NCBI GenBank assembly: GCA_965248535.1
Contig: CBDFJR010000002.1
Coordinates: 672,001 to 736,000 of the forward strand
DNA length: 64,000 nucleotides
Source: Phormidesmis sp.
Lineage (GTDB): Bacteria; Cyanobacteriota; Cyanobacteriia; Leptolyngbyales; Leptolyngbyaceae
Direction of reading: 5' to 3'
Shown: positions 41,474 through 51,863 of the stretch, piece by piece
How positions within the stretch are numbered: position 1 is the first letter of the stretch
Layout: every line of letters begins with the position of its first letter
Translations under genes and position numbers: made by a program
The notes under the pieces: generated by a model
The model's database searches: none
Seen by the model: only the letters and a program-made list of their open reading frames with translations
What the model was told of the DNA's origin: nothing

Positions 41474-43147
41474 ATGGATTTAAAACCAGGAACAGCGCTG
41501 CAAAACGGCAAATATCTCTTCAGTCAAGCTTTGGGAGACGAGGGGTTTGGGGTGACTTATCGGGCGACCCAAACATTCTTAAACCAAGCTGTGGTGATCA
41601 AGACCCTTGATCCTAGTTTGCAGGTAACGCGCAGCTTTCCCCAGTTGCATCAGCGCTTTGTCGAAGAAACGCGCCTTCTGGCCCGCAGTCAGCATCCCAG
41701 CCTGGTTCGAGTGCTCGATTTTTTTCAAGAAGAGAATCTGCCCTTTTTAGTAATGGACTATGTGCCGGGGCAAACGCTGACAGAGCGGGTGAAGTCTCAG
41801 GGGGCATTGCCTGAAGCCGAAGCCGTTCACTACCTTCAGCAGATTGGCTCGGCGATCGATACGGCTCATCAAAATGGATTGATTCACCGCAATCTCAGCC
41901 CTGACTCAATCATTCGCCGCCCCGGAACGAACTTGGCAGTGCTGGTAGGTTTTGGCATTGCTCACGAGGTGTCGAGGGCCGTCAGTCCCCCGCAAGCCAA
42001 CCTTTTTTCTGATCAGTTTGCGCCACCCGACGAGCGTTGGAGTGCTGACGATCGATTTGCGATCGACCTCTATGGGCTGTCGGCCATTCTCTACTATCTG
42101 TTGTCTGCTCGCGCTCCGGGTGTGTCTCCCCAGCTAGATTTAGAACCGTGGAACCCGGCGCTCAAGCAAGCGATTTTGCGAGGCATGTCCTCTGATCTGA
42201 CCCGTCGCCCCTCGACGATCGCGGCGTGGCTTCGCCTGCTGCCCAGTGAGGCAGTTCCGCTCCGGTCTGTTACGGCAGCGGTGGCTCCGCCGTTGAGTCA
42301 ACCTATTCAAAAAGAGCTCGCGATCGCAGAACCCATTTCTAGCCCTACACATTCGAGCGCTGCCAAACAGGTTTCTCCGCCGCTTGATCCCTCTTTGCCC
42401 ATTCTTCCTAAACCAGAATTGGCTCAACCTACCCTCTCTGAGGGCGACGATCGCTGTGTGGTGACCCCTTTGGCGATCGCGCCTGCCATTCATCAAACTC
42501 ACCCCGTTCAAAAATCTTTGCCTGCGCCCCAATCTATGTCAGCTTTTTCCCGTCACAAGCTGGCGTTCACCTCCCTGATCATCCCCCCTGAGATCAGCAA
42601 ATATCTGCCTAAATTTGTGGGGCTGACCAGCGCCGCCGCTGTCTCGATCGGCGTTGGCTTTGGGTTAGCGCTGCGCTTTAGTGCGGCTCAGGCTCCGGGT
42701 GCCAGCTTTTTTCACCCAGACCAGTCCTTCCCCTCAAAAGATTGGAAAGGGACGCTCACCCCTCCCGGCGATGTCTCTGATGTGCCGATCGAGAAACCAG
42801 GCATCACGCCAAGCGCTAGTCGCAACCGTTTGGCATCTCCTCAAAACAATCCCTCTGCTGCAACGTTTTCAGATGACGCGCCTCCCAAAGGGATTTCCTC
42901 TGAAGAACTGATTGCTCCCCCAATTCGCTCAGAAGCTCCCCAGCAATCGACTGCCGCAAAATCGGTTCCGATTGCCCCAGCCCCAAAGCCTGCCCCGATC
43001 CCATCTGCCCCTGCCAGGGTGTCGCCGAGCCTTCCTACCTCAGATTCTGCGCCGATCACCGACCCTGCCCCCCCTGCCAAGCCCTCATCGGGCACAAATC
43101 GCAAGTCAATAGGGGTACCAACTCTCAAAGGAGACCCCAAACTTTAA
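41474..43147 (+). CDS. Hanks-type Ser/Thr kinase-fold membrane protein, probable pseudokinase
   Basis: GDEGFGVTY and VVIK are present, but HRNLSPDS replaces HRDxKPxN and VGFG replaces DFG. TM helix and Pro-rich tail. Confidence 0.82.
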   Translation: MDLKPGTALQNGKYLFSQALGDEGFGVTYRATQTFLNQAVVIKTLDPSLQVTRSFPQLHQRFVEETRLLARSQHPSLVRVLDFFQEENLPFLVMDYVPGQTLTERVKSQGALPEAEAVHYLQQIGSAIDTAHQNGLIHRNLSPDSIIRRPGTNLAVLVGFGIAHEVSRAVSPPQANLFSDQFAPPDERWSADDRFAIDLYGLSAILYYLLSARAPGVSPQLDLEPWNPALKQAILRGMSSDLTRRPSTIAAWLRLLPSEAVPLRSVTAAVAPPLSQPIQKELAIAEPISSPTHSSAAKQVSPPLDPSLPILPKPELAQPTLSEGDDRCVVTPLAIAPAIHQTHPVQKSLPAPQSMSAFSRHKLAFTSLIIPPEISKYLPKFVGLTSAAAVSIGVGFGLALRFSAAQAPGASFFHPDQSFPSKDWKGTLTPPGDVSDVPIEKPGITPSASRNRLASPQNNPSAATFSDDAPPKGISSEELIAPPIRSEAPQQSTAAKSVPIAPAPKPAPIPSAPARVSPSLPTSDSAPITDPAPPAKPSSGTNRKSIGVPTLKGDPKL

Positions 43148-43213
43148 CCTTTCTATCTCTCATCCCCTTCTTAAGCAAGCTATAATTTTGGCAGCGCGCT
43201 TGGTAGATTTTTG

Positions 43214-43540
43214 ATGAATAATTCCCTGATCCACGCTTTTTTTGTCGGTCGGGCGATCGCCGAGATTGCCTACGAGCAATTAGAAAATGGGGTGACAAAT
43301 GCCCTAAGTGAGTTGGGTAAGTTTGATGCCGAGCAGAGAGAAAACCTACGGGGGTTTGTCGATCAGGTGGCTGAACGGGCAGCCCGCGAAGAAGAAATCG
43401 CCATGCAAACAAGAGCGGCTTCGACAAGTGGGCGGTCAGAGACTCAAGCTGAAGATCTGCAAGCTACGATCGATGAGCTTCGGGCTGAAATTGCTCAACT
43501 CCGGTCAGCCCTTCAAGGCTATCGCAGTCGCTCTATTTAA
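43214..43540 (+). CDS. Conserved cyanobacterial coiled-coil protein (DUF6825-like)
   Basis: HAFFVGRAIAE...ALSELGKFDAEQRE...LQATIDELRAEIAQLR. Confidence 0.8.
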   Translation: MNNSLIHAFFVGRAIAEIAYEQLENGVTNALSELGKFDAEQRENLRGFVDQVAERAAREEEIAMQTRAASTSGRSETQAEDLQATIDELRAEIAQLRSALQGYRSRSI

Positions 43541-43592
43541 CGAAAACCTAGCGTGGTTCAACACTGCCGCTCATCAAGTCAGCCCTCTTTAG

Positions 43593-45557
43593 TTGGAAAG
43601 TCGAGTGTCTGTTTCTCCAAATGACTCCAGTAAGCCCCAGCGCTCACCTAGCAAAACCCTCGCAGAACCGATGGAGCCAGTAGTGGGCGATAACCTGCCA
43701 GATCTCCACTCTCTAACCGAAGAGCCGTCACACCACCCAGTCAGCCCCACCTCTGAGCTTGAGGCGCAGGGTGCCGATCGCCCAGGCTTGGCTGACGTTG
43801 AGCACATGATGCGCCCATCAGATCAGGCTACAGCGCCCACCACGACGACTGACAGAACTCGTAAGCTAGGAGGGAAACCCCACTCAGCCAAAGCCTATCG
43901 CTGGAGTCGAGAAAGCTACTCACGTCGAGGTCGTTTTCTCGACATTTGGACGTTTGTGCTGAAGCTGTTGGGGGCGAGATGGCTCTATAAAAAGCCTTGG
44001 AGCTACAAAGGTGGCATCTCAGACGAGAAAAAGGCCGCTAGACGCAGAGCTTTAGCCGTCTGGATTCGTGAGACCCTGCTCGATCTAGGCCCTACGTTCA
44101 TCAAGATTGGACAACTGTTTTCAACCCGCGCCGACTTGTTTGCGCCAGAGTTTGTCGAAGAGTTGTCAAAGCTGCAAGATCGAGTTCCAGCGTTTAGCTA
44201 CGAGCAGGTGGAATTGATCATTGAGCAAGATATGGGAAAGACGATCGCCGATCTCTTTCGCAGCTTTGACCCCATTCCGCTGGCTGCTGCCAGTCTAGGG
44301 CAGGTTCATCGTGCCCAACTGCACTCTGGCGAAGAAATCGTTGTCAAGATTCAGCGCCCCGGGCTTCGTAAGCTGTTTGAGATTGATCTACAAATTCTCA
44401 AGGGCATCACTCGCTATTTTCAAAATCACCCAGAGTGGGGCAAGGGTCGCGACTGGTTGGGCATCTATGACGAGTGCTGCAAAATTCTTTGGGAAGAAAT
44501 TGACTACCTGAATGAGGGACGCAACGCCGACACCTTCCGCCGCAACTTTAGAGCGATGAATTGGGTAAAAGTACCCCGGATCTATTGGCGCTACACCTCT
44601 CCTCGCGTCTTGACCTTAGAATATGCACCGGGGATCAAGATCAGCCACTATGAGGCCATCGAAGCCGCAGGACTCGATCGTAAAGAACTCGCCCAAATGG
44701 GGGCTAGAGCCTACTTGCATCAACTGCTTGACAATGGCTTTTTTCATGCCGATCCCCACCCTGGCAACATTGCGGTCAGCCCCGATGGGTCTCTAATTTT
44801 CTACGACTTTGGGATGATGGGGCAGGTGCAGGCAATCACCCGTGAAAAGCTGTTAGACACCTTTTTTGGGGTTGCTCAGAAAGATGCCGATCGCGTCGTT
44901 GAATCCCTGGTTGCCCTAGGGGCCTTAGCGCCGACTGACGATATGGGCCCGGTGCGGCGATCGGTGCAATTCATGCTAGACAACTTCATGGACAAGCCCT
45001 TTGAAGATCAGTCGGTCAGCGCCATCAGCGACGATCTCTACGAAATTGCCTACGATCAGCCCTTTCGCTTTCCGGCCACCTTTACCTTTGTGATGCGTGC
45101 TTTTTCGACGCTAGAGGGCGTAGGAAAAGGACTAGACCCAGATTTTAACTTTATGGAGGTTGCAAAACCTTTTGCAATGCAGCTTATGACCAATGGAAAT
45201 TCTTCGTCTGAAGCCAGCAGTCTGTTGAATGAATTAAGCCGTCAGGCGGTGCAGGTTGGCAACACTGCTCTAGGGCTGCCCCGCCGCATTGAGGACACGC
45301 TAGACAAACTAGAGCGAGGCGATATTCGCGTCCGGGTGCGCTCTACTGAAACCGATCGGGTCTTACGACGCATCAGTGGGGTCAATCTAGGAACCAATTA
45401 CACCCTGCTGACCTGTGCGTTTACGGTTTCGGCGACGATTTTGTTTGTCAATCACTATCTGTGGTTAGCGATCGCGATGGCCGTGGCGGCTCTTGCTGCC
45501 GCGATCGTGTTAATTCGATTGCTGATTAAGCTCGATCGCTATGAGAGAATGCCCTAA
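43593..45557 (+). CDS. AarF/ABC1/UbiB atypical kinase
   Basis: Motifs LGPTFIKIGQ, AAASLGQVH, VKIQRP, FHADPHPGN and DFGM; two C-terminal TM helices. Start may be GTG 43605. Confidence 0.93.
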   Translation: MESRVSVSPNDSSKPQRSPSKTLAEPMEPVVGDNLPDLHSLTEEPSHHPVSPTSELEAQGADRPGLADVEHMMRPSDQATAPTTTTDRTRKLGGKPHSAKAYRWSRESYSRRGRFLDIWTFVLKLLGARWLYKKPWSYKGGISDEKKAARRRALAVWIRETLLDLGPTFIKIGQLFSTRADLFAPEFVEELSKLQDRVPAFSYEQVELIIEQDMGKTIADLFRSFDPIPLAAASLGQVHRAQLHSGEEIVVKIQRPGLRKLFEIDLQILKGITRYFQNHPEWGKGRDWLGIYDECCKILWEEIDYLNEGRNADTFRRNFRAMNWVKVPRIYWRYTSPRVLTLEYAPGIKISHYEAIEAAGLDRKELAQMGARAYLHQLLDNGFFHADPHPGNIAVSPDGSLIFYDFGMMGQVQAITREKLLDTFFGVAQKDADRVVESLVALGALAPTDDMGPVRRSVQFMLDNFMDKPFEDQSVSAISDDLYEIAYDQPFRFPATFTFVMRAFSTLEGVGKGLDPDFNFMEVAKPFAMQLMTNGNSSSEASSLLNELSRQAVQVGNTALGLPRRIEDTLDKLERGDIRVRVRSTETDRVLRRISGVNLGTNYTLLTCAFTVSATILFVNHYLWLAIAMAVAALAAAIVLIRLLIKLDRYERMP

Positions 45558-45589
45558 GCTAAGATGTCTCTAATTACCCTCGCCTAGCT

Positions 45590-46333
45590 ATGAAACGTCT
45601 CTTTACAGGGATGACCGACACGGGTTTGATCCGTGCTGCTAACCAAGATGCCTATCATCTCGACCCAGATGGGCGTTTTTTTATTGTGGCAGACGGTATG
45701 GGAGGTCATGCAGGCGGGCAAGAGGCGAGTCGTTTAGCAACCCAAGCGATCCAGTCTTGTTTAGACATCAGTTGGGACTCAACCATTCCCTCGCAAGACC
45801 TGCTAGAAAAATCGCTCTTAGAGGCAAATCAGGCGATTTTAGCAGACCAAAGGCAGCACCCAGAGCGATCGGACATGGGCACAACGGTCGTCGTCGTCAT
45901 TTTTCGCGATGAACAGCCGCTCTGCACCCACGTTGGAGATTCTCGCCTCTATCGTCTGCATGGCTCAAAACTAGAACAACTGACCGAAGATCATACCTGG
46001 GTAGCACGGGCGATGCGTTTGGGAGAGATCACCCCCGATCAAGCCCGAACCCACCCCCTCAGACATGTGTTGGCTCAGTGTTTGGGGCGAGAAGACCTCC
46101 AGCAAATCGAGGTGAAATCGCTCTCTGTGCAGCCTGGCGATCGTCTTCTCCTCTGTAGCGATGGCTTAACCGAAGAACTCTCTGATCAGCTAATCACCAA
46201 TCAGCTTAAATCGATTCGAGTCTGTGACAAGGCCGCGTCTGCTCTCATCCAGGCGGCCAAAGATCACGGTGGACGAGATAACATCACCGTCGTCATCGTG
46301 GCGATCGAGGGTCTGTCCCGCAGCGACTATTGA
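45590..46333 (+). CDS. PP2C-type Ser/Thr phosphatase (PphA-like)
   Basis: Motifs NQD, VADGMGGH, MGTT, VGDSR, CSDGL and GGRDNIT. Confidence 0.93.
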   Translation: MKRLFTGMTDTGLIRAANQDAYHLDPDGRFFIVADGMGGHAGGQEASRLATQAIQSCLDISWDSTIPSQDLLEKSLLEANQAILADQRQHPERSDMGTTVVVVIFRDEQPLCTHVGDSRLYRLHGSKLEQLTEDHTWVARAMRLGEITPDQARTHPLRHVLAQCLGREDLQQIEVKSLSVQPGDRLLLCSDGLTEELSDQLITNQLKSIRVCDKAASALIQAAKDHGGRDNITVVIVAIEGLSRSDY

Positions 46334-46707
46334 GCACACCTCCGACGAAACTGTTTATCTCAGACATCTTGAGAAAACCTCATCATGCCGCCCTCAGTTA
46401 AAGGACTTATCTAATCAATCAGTCCTCAATTTGTGGCGGCTGCTACTAAACTAGCTGTCAATTTGTCACAACGCACACCGTTCTCAAGCTCCTCTCTAAG
46501 GAGGTATAGTCCCTTTATTCAAGTAAGCCGACTGGGGTATGGTCGTTTTGTCAAATACTTGTTATCTTTTGTAATAAGAAATGGATAGATTGATTGATTC
46601 TTAGGGTATCTTTGAACAATCAACCGAGTCCAACCAGAATCTACCCACGACCTCCCAAGTCGATGATTCTGCGACTCACCCTACTCTCTCTTACACTGGA
46701 GTTTGTT

Positions 46708-46905
46708 ATGAACCAACCTGTAGAACTGTCCTTGGAGCAAAAATTTAGCATCCGATCGTTTGAAACACAAGTTGAGAAGATGAGCCACGAGCAAGCTCAA
46801 GACTTTTTAATCAAGCTCTACGAGCAAATGATCATGCGTGAAACGATGTATCGTCATTTCCTCAAGCATCAGTGGGGCTTAGAGCCTAACCCCCAAATGC
46901 CCTAA
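46708..46905 (+). CDS. nblA: Phycobilisome degradation protein NblA
   Basis: LSLEQKFSIRSF...MSHEQAQDFLIKLYEQM...QWGL, 65 aa. Confidence 0.93.
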   Translation: MNQPVELSLEQKFSIRSFETQVEKMSHEQAQDFLIKLYEQMIMRETMYRHFLKHQWGLEPNPQMP

Positions 46906-47198
46906 GTTCTGCTCAAGCCATTGGGCGACCTCGATCTCTCGCTTTGTTCTAAGCCAGAAAGAAGCTAGGGTGCTGGGGCGTTCAGCCAAGCTCGTGTTAA
47001 AAAACAGTAAGTTTGACTCCTGAATTCTTTTTTGATAGTTGTGCTTTCGCTTCAGAGCAAACTATGGAAATTTCAACTGATTCGCGCCTTAGACTTTTGC
47101 ACACTGGTAGGCGCTGAGACCCACCACCGCTCACTACAGTGCTGAGTCATCTCTCTAGGGTTGACTCCTAGCGCAGGCTCTTAATCATCACGTCCGTT

Positions 47199-48326
47199 TC
47201 AGTGCACTTGATAGCGCATTCCGGGGAGCTGTGAAACGAGTCCCAACATTTCTAACTGGATTAATGCCCCTGACACTGAGCCTGCTGGCATTTCAGTTTG
47301 TTGGACGATCGCGTCAAAAGCCGCCGCCTCGACCTCACCACCTTGAACGATCGCTTTCACCGACTGCAACACTTGACTGAGGTCAGCGCTGAGATCAAGT
47401 AAAGATAACTGTGTCTCTTCCATCACGGGGTAGTCTAGCTGAGGCATCGTTCCAAGCATTTCCAGCAGTTCTGCTTCTCCTAAGATCATTTGTGCGCCTT
47501 TGCTGATCAGAGTGAGACAGCCCTTCGATTTGAAATTGTCTAAACTGCCGGGCAGGGCATAGACATCTCGCCCATAGTCATTAGCGAGATAGGCGGTAAT
47601 CAGAGAACCTGACTTTTGAGGAGCCTCAAGCACCAAGACAGCGCGACACAGCCCCGCCACAATGCGATTTCTGCGAGGGAAGTGGGTGCGATCGGGCTGA
47701 GTTCCGGCCGGATATTCGCTGATAGCCAACCCATTTTCTAGCACTTCTTGATAAAGGCGGCGATTTGTCCAGGGATAGACGACATCAACGCCAGTTCCGA
47801 GAACAGCGACGGTTTTGCCCCCAGACTCAATGCAGTTGCGGTGGGCTTCGCTGTCGATGCCGTCTGCTAACCCAGAAACGACGATAAAGCCGTTTTGGGC
47901 TAGAGCAGAGCTAATTTTGCGCGTCCAGCGTCTGCCATAATCTGAGGGATCACGAGTGCCGACGATGGCGATCGCAGGCAGAGTGCCTAGATCTTTGACT
48001 AGATTAGAGTCGCCGCGATAATACAACACCGGGGGCGGGTCAGGAATTTCTCGCAGCAATCGAGGATAGTCAGCCTCGGCCGGAGTCCAAAAGTGCTCGT
48101 TTTTCTGCTCGTGGTCTTGCAAGAGGCGATCGGGCTGACACTTGGCTCGCTGGGGCAGAAATTCCCCTATAGTTTGGTTTCCAATTCCTTCGACTTCGAT
48201 TAACTCCTTGGGGCTGGCTTCCCAAGCTAATGCCAAGCTGCCAAAATGCCGATATAGTCGCTTAATCAGCACCGGGCCAATGCCCGGAAGTTGCGACCAT
48301 GCCAGCCAAAACGCACGTTCCTCCAA
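47199..48326 (-). CDS. dprA: DNA processing protein DprA
   Basis: Motifs DPPPVLY, AIVGTR, VSGLADGID, FPRRNRIVAG and SGSLITA; C-terminal wHTH. Confidence 0.95.
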   Translation of the reverse strand: MEERAFWLAWSQLPGIGPVLIKRLYRHFGSLALAWEASPKELIEVEGIGNQTIGEFLPQRAKCQPDRLLQDHEQKNEHFWTPAEADYPRLLREIPDPPPVLYYRGDSNLVKDLGTLPAIAIVGTRDPSDYGRRWTRKISSALAQNGFIVVSGLADGIDSEAHRNCIESGGKTVAVLGTGVDVVYPWTNRRLYQEVLENGLAISEYPAGTQPDRTHFPRRNRIVAGLCRAVLVLEAPQKSGSLITAYLANDYGRDVYALPGSLDNFKSKGCLTLISKGAQMILGEAELLEMLGTMPQLDYPVMEETQLSLLDLSADLSQVLQSVKAIVQGGEVEAAAFDAIVQQTEMPAGSVSGALIQLEMLGLVSQLPGMRYQVH

Positions 48327-48399
48327 TTTCCCGTCCTCACGTTCAGGTGATTCTCGGTCAAGTGTTCCCTTAATTTAACCGTGATGAATAAATTTTTGG

Positions 48400-49077
48400 T
48401 TAGTCTACTGCTTTAAATAAAAGCGTGTAGAGATAACTGATAGATTCAGAAATAACGATTTTTACGCCTGCACTTGAAGTCCACCAGCGGCGAGAGTCAT
48501 AGTCTAGATCGCTGGCTGCAATAATGCCGACTTTAACAGGATCTAGAGCCTGTTGGTAGAGTAGCTGACTTCTTCTTGCATGAACTCCATCTGTATAAAG
48601 ATTGACTGATTGAAGGGTTGATTTTGACTCAGTTAACCACTGCCTCACGGCGATCGCGTTGGCATAGGTGCGATCGCGAATCACATATTTAGCCGGAACG
48701 GCCACTAGGTGAGCAGGGTCGAACCCGATCGCCACCAAGGTTGCCGCAGAAAGCTCTGCATAGGTTTTATATTTAGCCAGATAAAAGCCTCGCGGCACCG
48801 CCCCGCCCGTTGTGATCAGAGTTTTATAGCCCCCTGTTTTAAATTCTGCAATCGCTTTTTCAACGCCTTCATCGGTCAGCCAGCCTTCAACAACTAGTGC
48901 ATCTGCTTTCACTGGGGCAGTCACCGCTAAAAAGGAATGGATGTTGACTAGAATTCCCAGCCACAAACCAGTCAAAAAAACGAGACTTAAGATCCAACCT
49001 TGGGCGGTTAGCACCCACTTTTCTCGACGGCAAAAGAGCGGAAGCTTAATTTTTGGAAATCGCTGACTTTGAGGCAT
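48400..49077 (-). CDS. YdcF/DUF218 family membrane protein
   Basis: TM helix; LVVEGW, ITTGG, RTYANA and HARRS. Confidence 0.8.
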   Translation of the reverse strand: MPQSQRFPKIKLPLFCRREKWVLTAQGWILSLVFLTGLWLGILVNIHSFLAVTAPVKADALVVEGWLTDEGVEKAIAEFKTGGYKTLITTGGAVPRGFYLAKYKTYAELSAATLVAIGFDPAHLVAVPAKYVIRDRTYANAIAVRQWLTESKSTLQSVNLYTDGVHARRSQLLYQQALDPVKVGIIAASDLDYDSRRWWTSSAGVKIVISESISYLYTLLFKAVD

Positions 49078-49732
49078 TATTTCTGAGGTGCTGCGAGTGC
49101 AAATATTCAAACACGCTCTTATCACCAATATCCGGAGGAATGGGTTGGATGACTTTACGAATGGCAAACACCATAAATAGAACAGCCCAAACTCCCAGCA
49201 AAAATCGCTCCCACTGAGGCAACAAGAAACCTGTCAGATGTCCCAAAAGCAAGATCGGAATCAACGGCGTGAGAAGCTTGGTTTCTAAACGATCAAAGCA
49301 AAATGCCTCTTTAAAAAAGATTCCGGTCAAGGCTGCAAAACCAAAGCCAACCCCAAAAATGGTCAATGGATAGCTGTAGATATAGAGCGCAAGCGGCTCA
49401 GACCCTCTGACTGCAAAAATCAGCGAGGCGATGCCTCCGATCGCCCAAAATGCTTGCAGTGTTTGGTGCAAGGGCTTTAGATAAATATGAATGGTGAACA
49501 AACTCACGCCTAACCCAACCCAAAAAACCAGATAAAGCAGCGTCAGCGTGTTGAGAATAACCGGGTCAGTTCCCTTCCAGAGCACTAGGGCAGTCGCGAT
49601 CGCGAAGCTCAAGGCTGCTACCAGCAACCCACCCCGATAGATAATCACTCCACGGCGATCGTGGGAGTCGATCGTAAACTCGCCAAACTGTCCCTGATAA
49701 ACCTCTGGTTCGGTCATGTGCAGTTGAGTCAT
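49046..49732 (-). CDS. DUF2301 membrane protein
   Basis: Motifs YQGQFGEFTI, IHIYLKPLH, FKEAFCF and DIGDKSVF. Confidence 0.85.
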   Translation of the reverse strand: MTQLHMTEPEVYQGQFGEFTIDSHDRRGVIIYRGGLLVAALSFAIATALVLWKGTDPVILNTLTLLYLVFWVGLGVSLFTIHIYLKPLHQTLQAFWAIGGIASLIFAVRGSEPLALYIYSYPLTIFGVGFGFAALTGIFFKEAFCFDRLETKLLTPLIPILLLGHLTGFLLPQWERFLLGVWAVLFMVFAIRKVIQPIPPDIGDKSVFEYLHSQHLRNNASKSAISKN

Positions 49733-49763
49733 AAGTCAGGCGTGATTTACATCTGCCCCTATC

Positions 49764-50003
49764 CTACTGTGCTTCTGCCTGTTGCGCCTCGTCTTCAAGG
49801 GTTTGAATGGCTACCAGCAACTCTTCTTCTTGACTCTCAAATTCTTCTTCAGGAATGTCGCCCATGTCGAAGGCCAACTGCAAGGCCAATAGGCGTTTTC
49901 CTAAATTTTCTTTGTCATCTAATTCAGTGTCGGCTCGTTCTTGAATTTGTTCGGCGATCCAGGCAAGTCCGGTGACGGGGGCAAACAGTAGGCGAAATAT
50001 CAT
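49764..50003 (-). CDS. gvpG: Gas vesicle protein GvpG
   Basis: APVTGLAWIAEQI...LQLAFDMGDIPEEEFESQEEELL. Confidence 0.92.
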   Translation of the reverse strand: MIFRLLFAPVTGLAWIAEQIQERADTELDDKENLGKRLLALQLAFDMGDIPEEEFESQEEELLVAIQTLEDEAQQAEAQ

Positions 50004-50008
50004 AGGAT

Positions 50009-50752
50009 TTAGTTCAGCCGTTCAAACTGGGCGAAGTTGTAGGGAGCCGTAAAGTCGTTGTAGCGAATCTTTAAGCGCTGGTCAAACTGCTGATCCAATG
50101 CTTCGACCTGGGCACTAAAGGTGGCTTCTTCATCCCAATGAATCAGATAAGCCGCGTTATAAATCATCGCTTCGGTGAGCAAATCGTTTTCGACCACTTC
50201 GACCGCGAGGGAGTTGAGACTTGATTGAAATGCCTCAATAATTTGGCGTTTGCGATCGCTCATTGCCCGCTCGATCGCTTGCCCGATCGCCACAATTTCA
50301 TCCATGCTCAGAGATTTGCCCTCTAAGCGATCGCGCCGCTCTCGCAGATCAGGATCGTCTGCCATCAGCGCTTGAAGCTCTGTGTCTGCATCCCAAAACA
50401 GTTTGACGCTCACCTCACGCCGCCCGTTCAATCGTTGAAACAGCACTTCTAACGTTTCACTATGGGGAGCCGTCAACTGCTCAGTCACCGTTTCCCAATC
50501 TTCAATGATCAGCCCAAACTGAAGGGGCAAGAGAGTCCGATGACCTGCGTGCATGGCTTGTTCTAAGACTTTTTCGTGCCCTAGCAGATTTCGACGACTG
50601 GCTAAGTATCGGTCTTGTTGCGCTTCTGAATAGAGAAACGTGAACCCATCGACAATGCGCGTTTGCACGGGTTGACGATCGAGTCCTTCTAAGGCTAAAT
50701 CTTCGGGGCCGGGGGTGGGAAAAATGCCGTACAGATAAAGTCTGGGGGTCAT
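50009..50752 (-). CDS. gvpF: Gas vesicle protein GvpF (GvpL/F family)
   Basis: Motifs LYLYGI, HEKVLE, LLPLQFG, NAAYLI and APYNF. Confidence 0.92.
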   Translation of the reverse strand: MTPRLYLYGIFPTPGPEDLALEGLDRQPVQTRIVDGFTFLYSEAQQDRYLASRRNLLGHEKVLEQAMHAGHRTLLPLQFGLIIEDWETVTEQLTAPHSETLEVLFQRLNGRREVSVKLFWDADTELQALMADDPDLRERRDRLEGKSLSMDEIVAIGQAIERAMSDRKRQIIEAFQSSLNSLAVEVVENDLLTEAMIYNAAYLIHWDEEATFSAQVEALDQQFDQRLKIRYNDFTAPYNFAQFERLN

Positions 50753-50772
50753 AAAAATAGGGGCTAGGGGGC

Positions 50773-51228
50773 TTAGATTGGCTTTGCTGTTAGAACTAGC
50801 TGAAGCTTTGCGTGGATCAAATCTAACTGGGCCACTCCGATGTCAACGCTGCCTTCGAGCACAACGCCTGTGTTGAGAAGACGATCGAGCAATTCTAAAA
50901 TAGAAGGGCTGGCAGAGGTTTGACCCGGATAGTATCCTCCCGCTTTGGGTAATAGCGTGCCCACTTCGCCCAAGTCAATATTCAAATCGGCGGGATTGAT
51001 CTCAAAAATGTCGCAGATCTCAACCACCTGTTCTTCTAGCTTTTGCAGACTTATAGAGGCGCGATCGAGTTCTTCATCCGTGAGTTTTTCTTCTTCCATC
51101 CGCCGAATGATTTGAGCTTCCATTAACTGCCGAACTAGCTCGACCACTGTTAATAAAAGTGGAGCAAGACCCGCATCTTTACTCGATTTAGGCGCATCAA
51201 CAAAGGTCTTAGTAGGAAGATCTGTCAC
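50773..51228 (-). CDS. gvpK: Gas vesicle protein GvpK
   Basis: GLAPLLLTVVELVRQLMEAQ and DLNIDLG; C-terminal GvpA/J-like segment. Confidence 0.92.
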   Translation of the reverse strand: MTDLPTKTFVDAPKSSKDAGLAPLLLTVVELVRQLMEAQIIRRMEEEKLTDEELDRASISLQKLEEQVVEICDIFEINPADLNIDLGEVGTLLPKAGGYYPGQTSASPSILELLDRLLNTGVVLEGSVDIGVAQLDLIHAKLQLVLTAKPI

Positions 51229-51270
51229 TCGTTTTCTCGGCTGTAATGTCCTCTCATTTTATGGGATCGC

Positions 51271-51465
51271 CTACAAGCTTCTGTCTAAATACAGTTGATG
51301 GAGCCATTGACGACGATCTTGTTGAGCGCGAAGCTGGGCAACTCCCGCAGAGATGCGGGCCCGATCGCTGCTTCTCAAAGACAGTCGGCTGAGTCGATTG
51401 ACCGCCTGACCACTGGCAATCACGCGGCTTGTTGCAATCTGCTTCATCGTTTTGACGGTGATCAT
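51271..51465 (-). CDS. Small basic protein between gvpJ and gvpK (GvpX-like)
   Basis: 64 aa, Arg-rich. ATG overlaps the gvpJ stop. Position matches gvpX in the Microcystis cluster. Confidence 0.65.
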   Translation of the reverse strand: MITVKTMKQIATSRVIASGQAVNRLSRLSLRSSDRARISAGVAQLRAQQDRRQWLHQLYLDRSL

Positions 51466-51863
51466 AAATCTCCCAAAAGTGACTCAAGGGTGCTGGGGCT
51501 AGATTCGATCAGTTCTTTTGGGGAGGCGGGACGGAGCGATCGTAGCTCCGTTTCTAAACTCTCAACTCGCTCCATCAGTTGGCGGTTGGCATCTAGCAGC
51601 GTTTGAGACTGTTGACTAAAGTGCGGATTGTTTTCCCACCAGTTGATCCCCATTTCTCGCGCTTTATCAACTGACGCAATTAGTAGACGAATCCGAATAT
51701 TAATCAGTTCAGTCGTGGCTACCGAAATCGAGATATCGCCCGCGATCACGATGCCTTTATCTAGCACCCGCTCTAGCACGTCTGCCAACGTCGAACCTTG
51801 AGTTGACGTGGACATCGCCCTAGATGCGTCTCGTCCCATTTTGATCGGCGTGGTGGCGGTCAT
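51462..51863 (-). CDS. gvpJ: Gas vesicle protein GvpJ
   Basis: [20 protein letters not shown]...[14 protein letters not shown]. Confidence 0.93.
   Translation of the reverse strand: MTATTPIKMGRDASRAMSTSTQGSTLADVLERVLDKGIVIAGDISISVATTELINIRIRLLIASVDKAREMGINWWENNPHFSQQSQTLLDANRQLMERVESLETELRSLRPASPKELIESSPSTLESLLGDL

Noticed and set aside
46561..46574. NtcA box upstream of nblA (GTT-N8-TAA)
   Set aside because: Two mismatches to GTA-N8-TAC; biologically plausible but not supportable from sequence alone.
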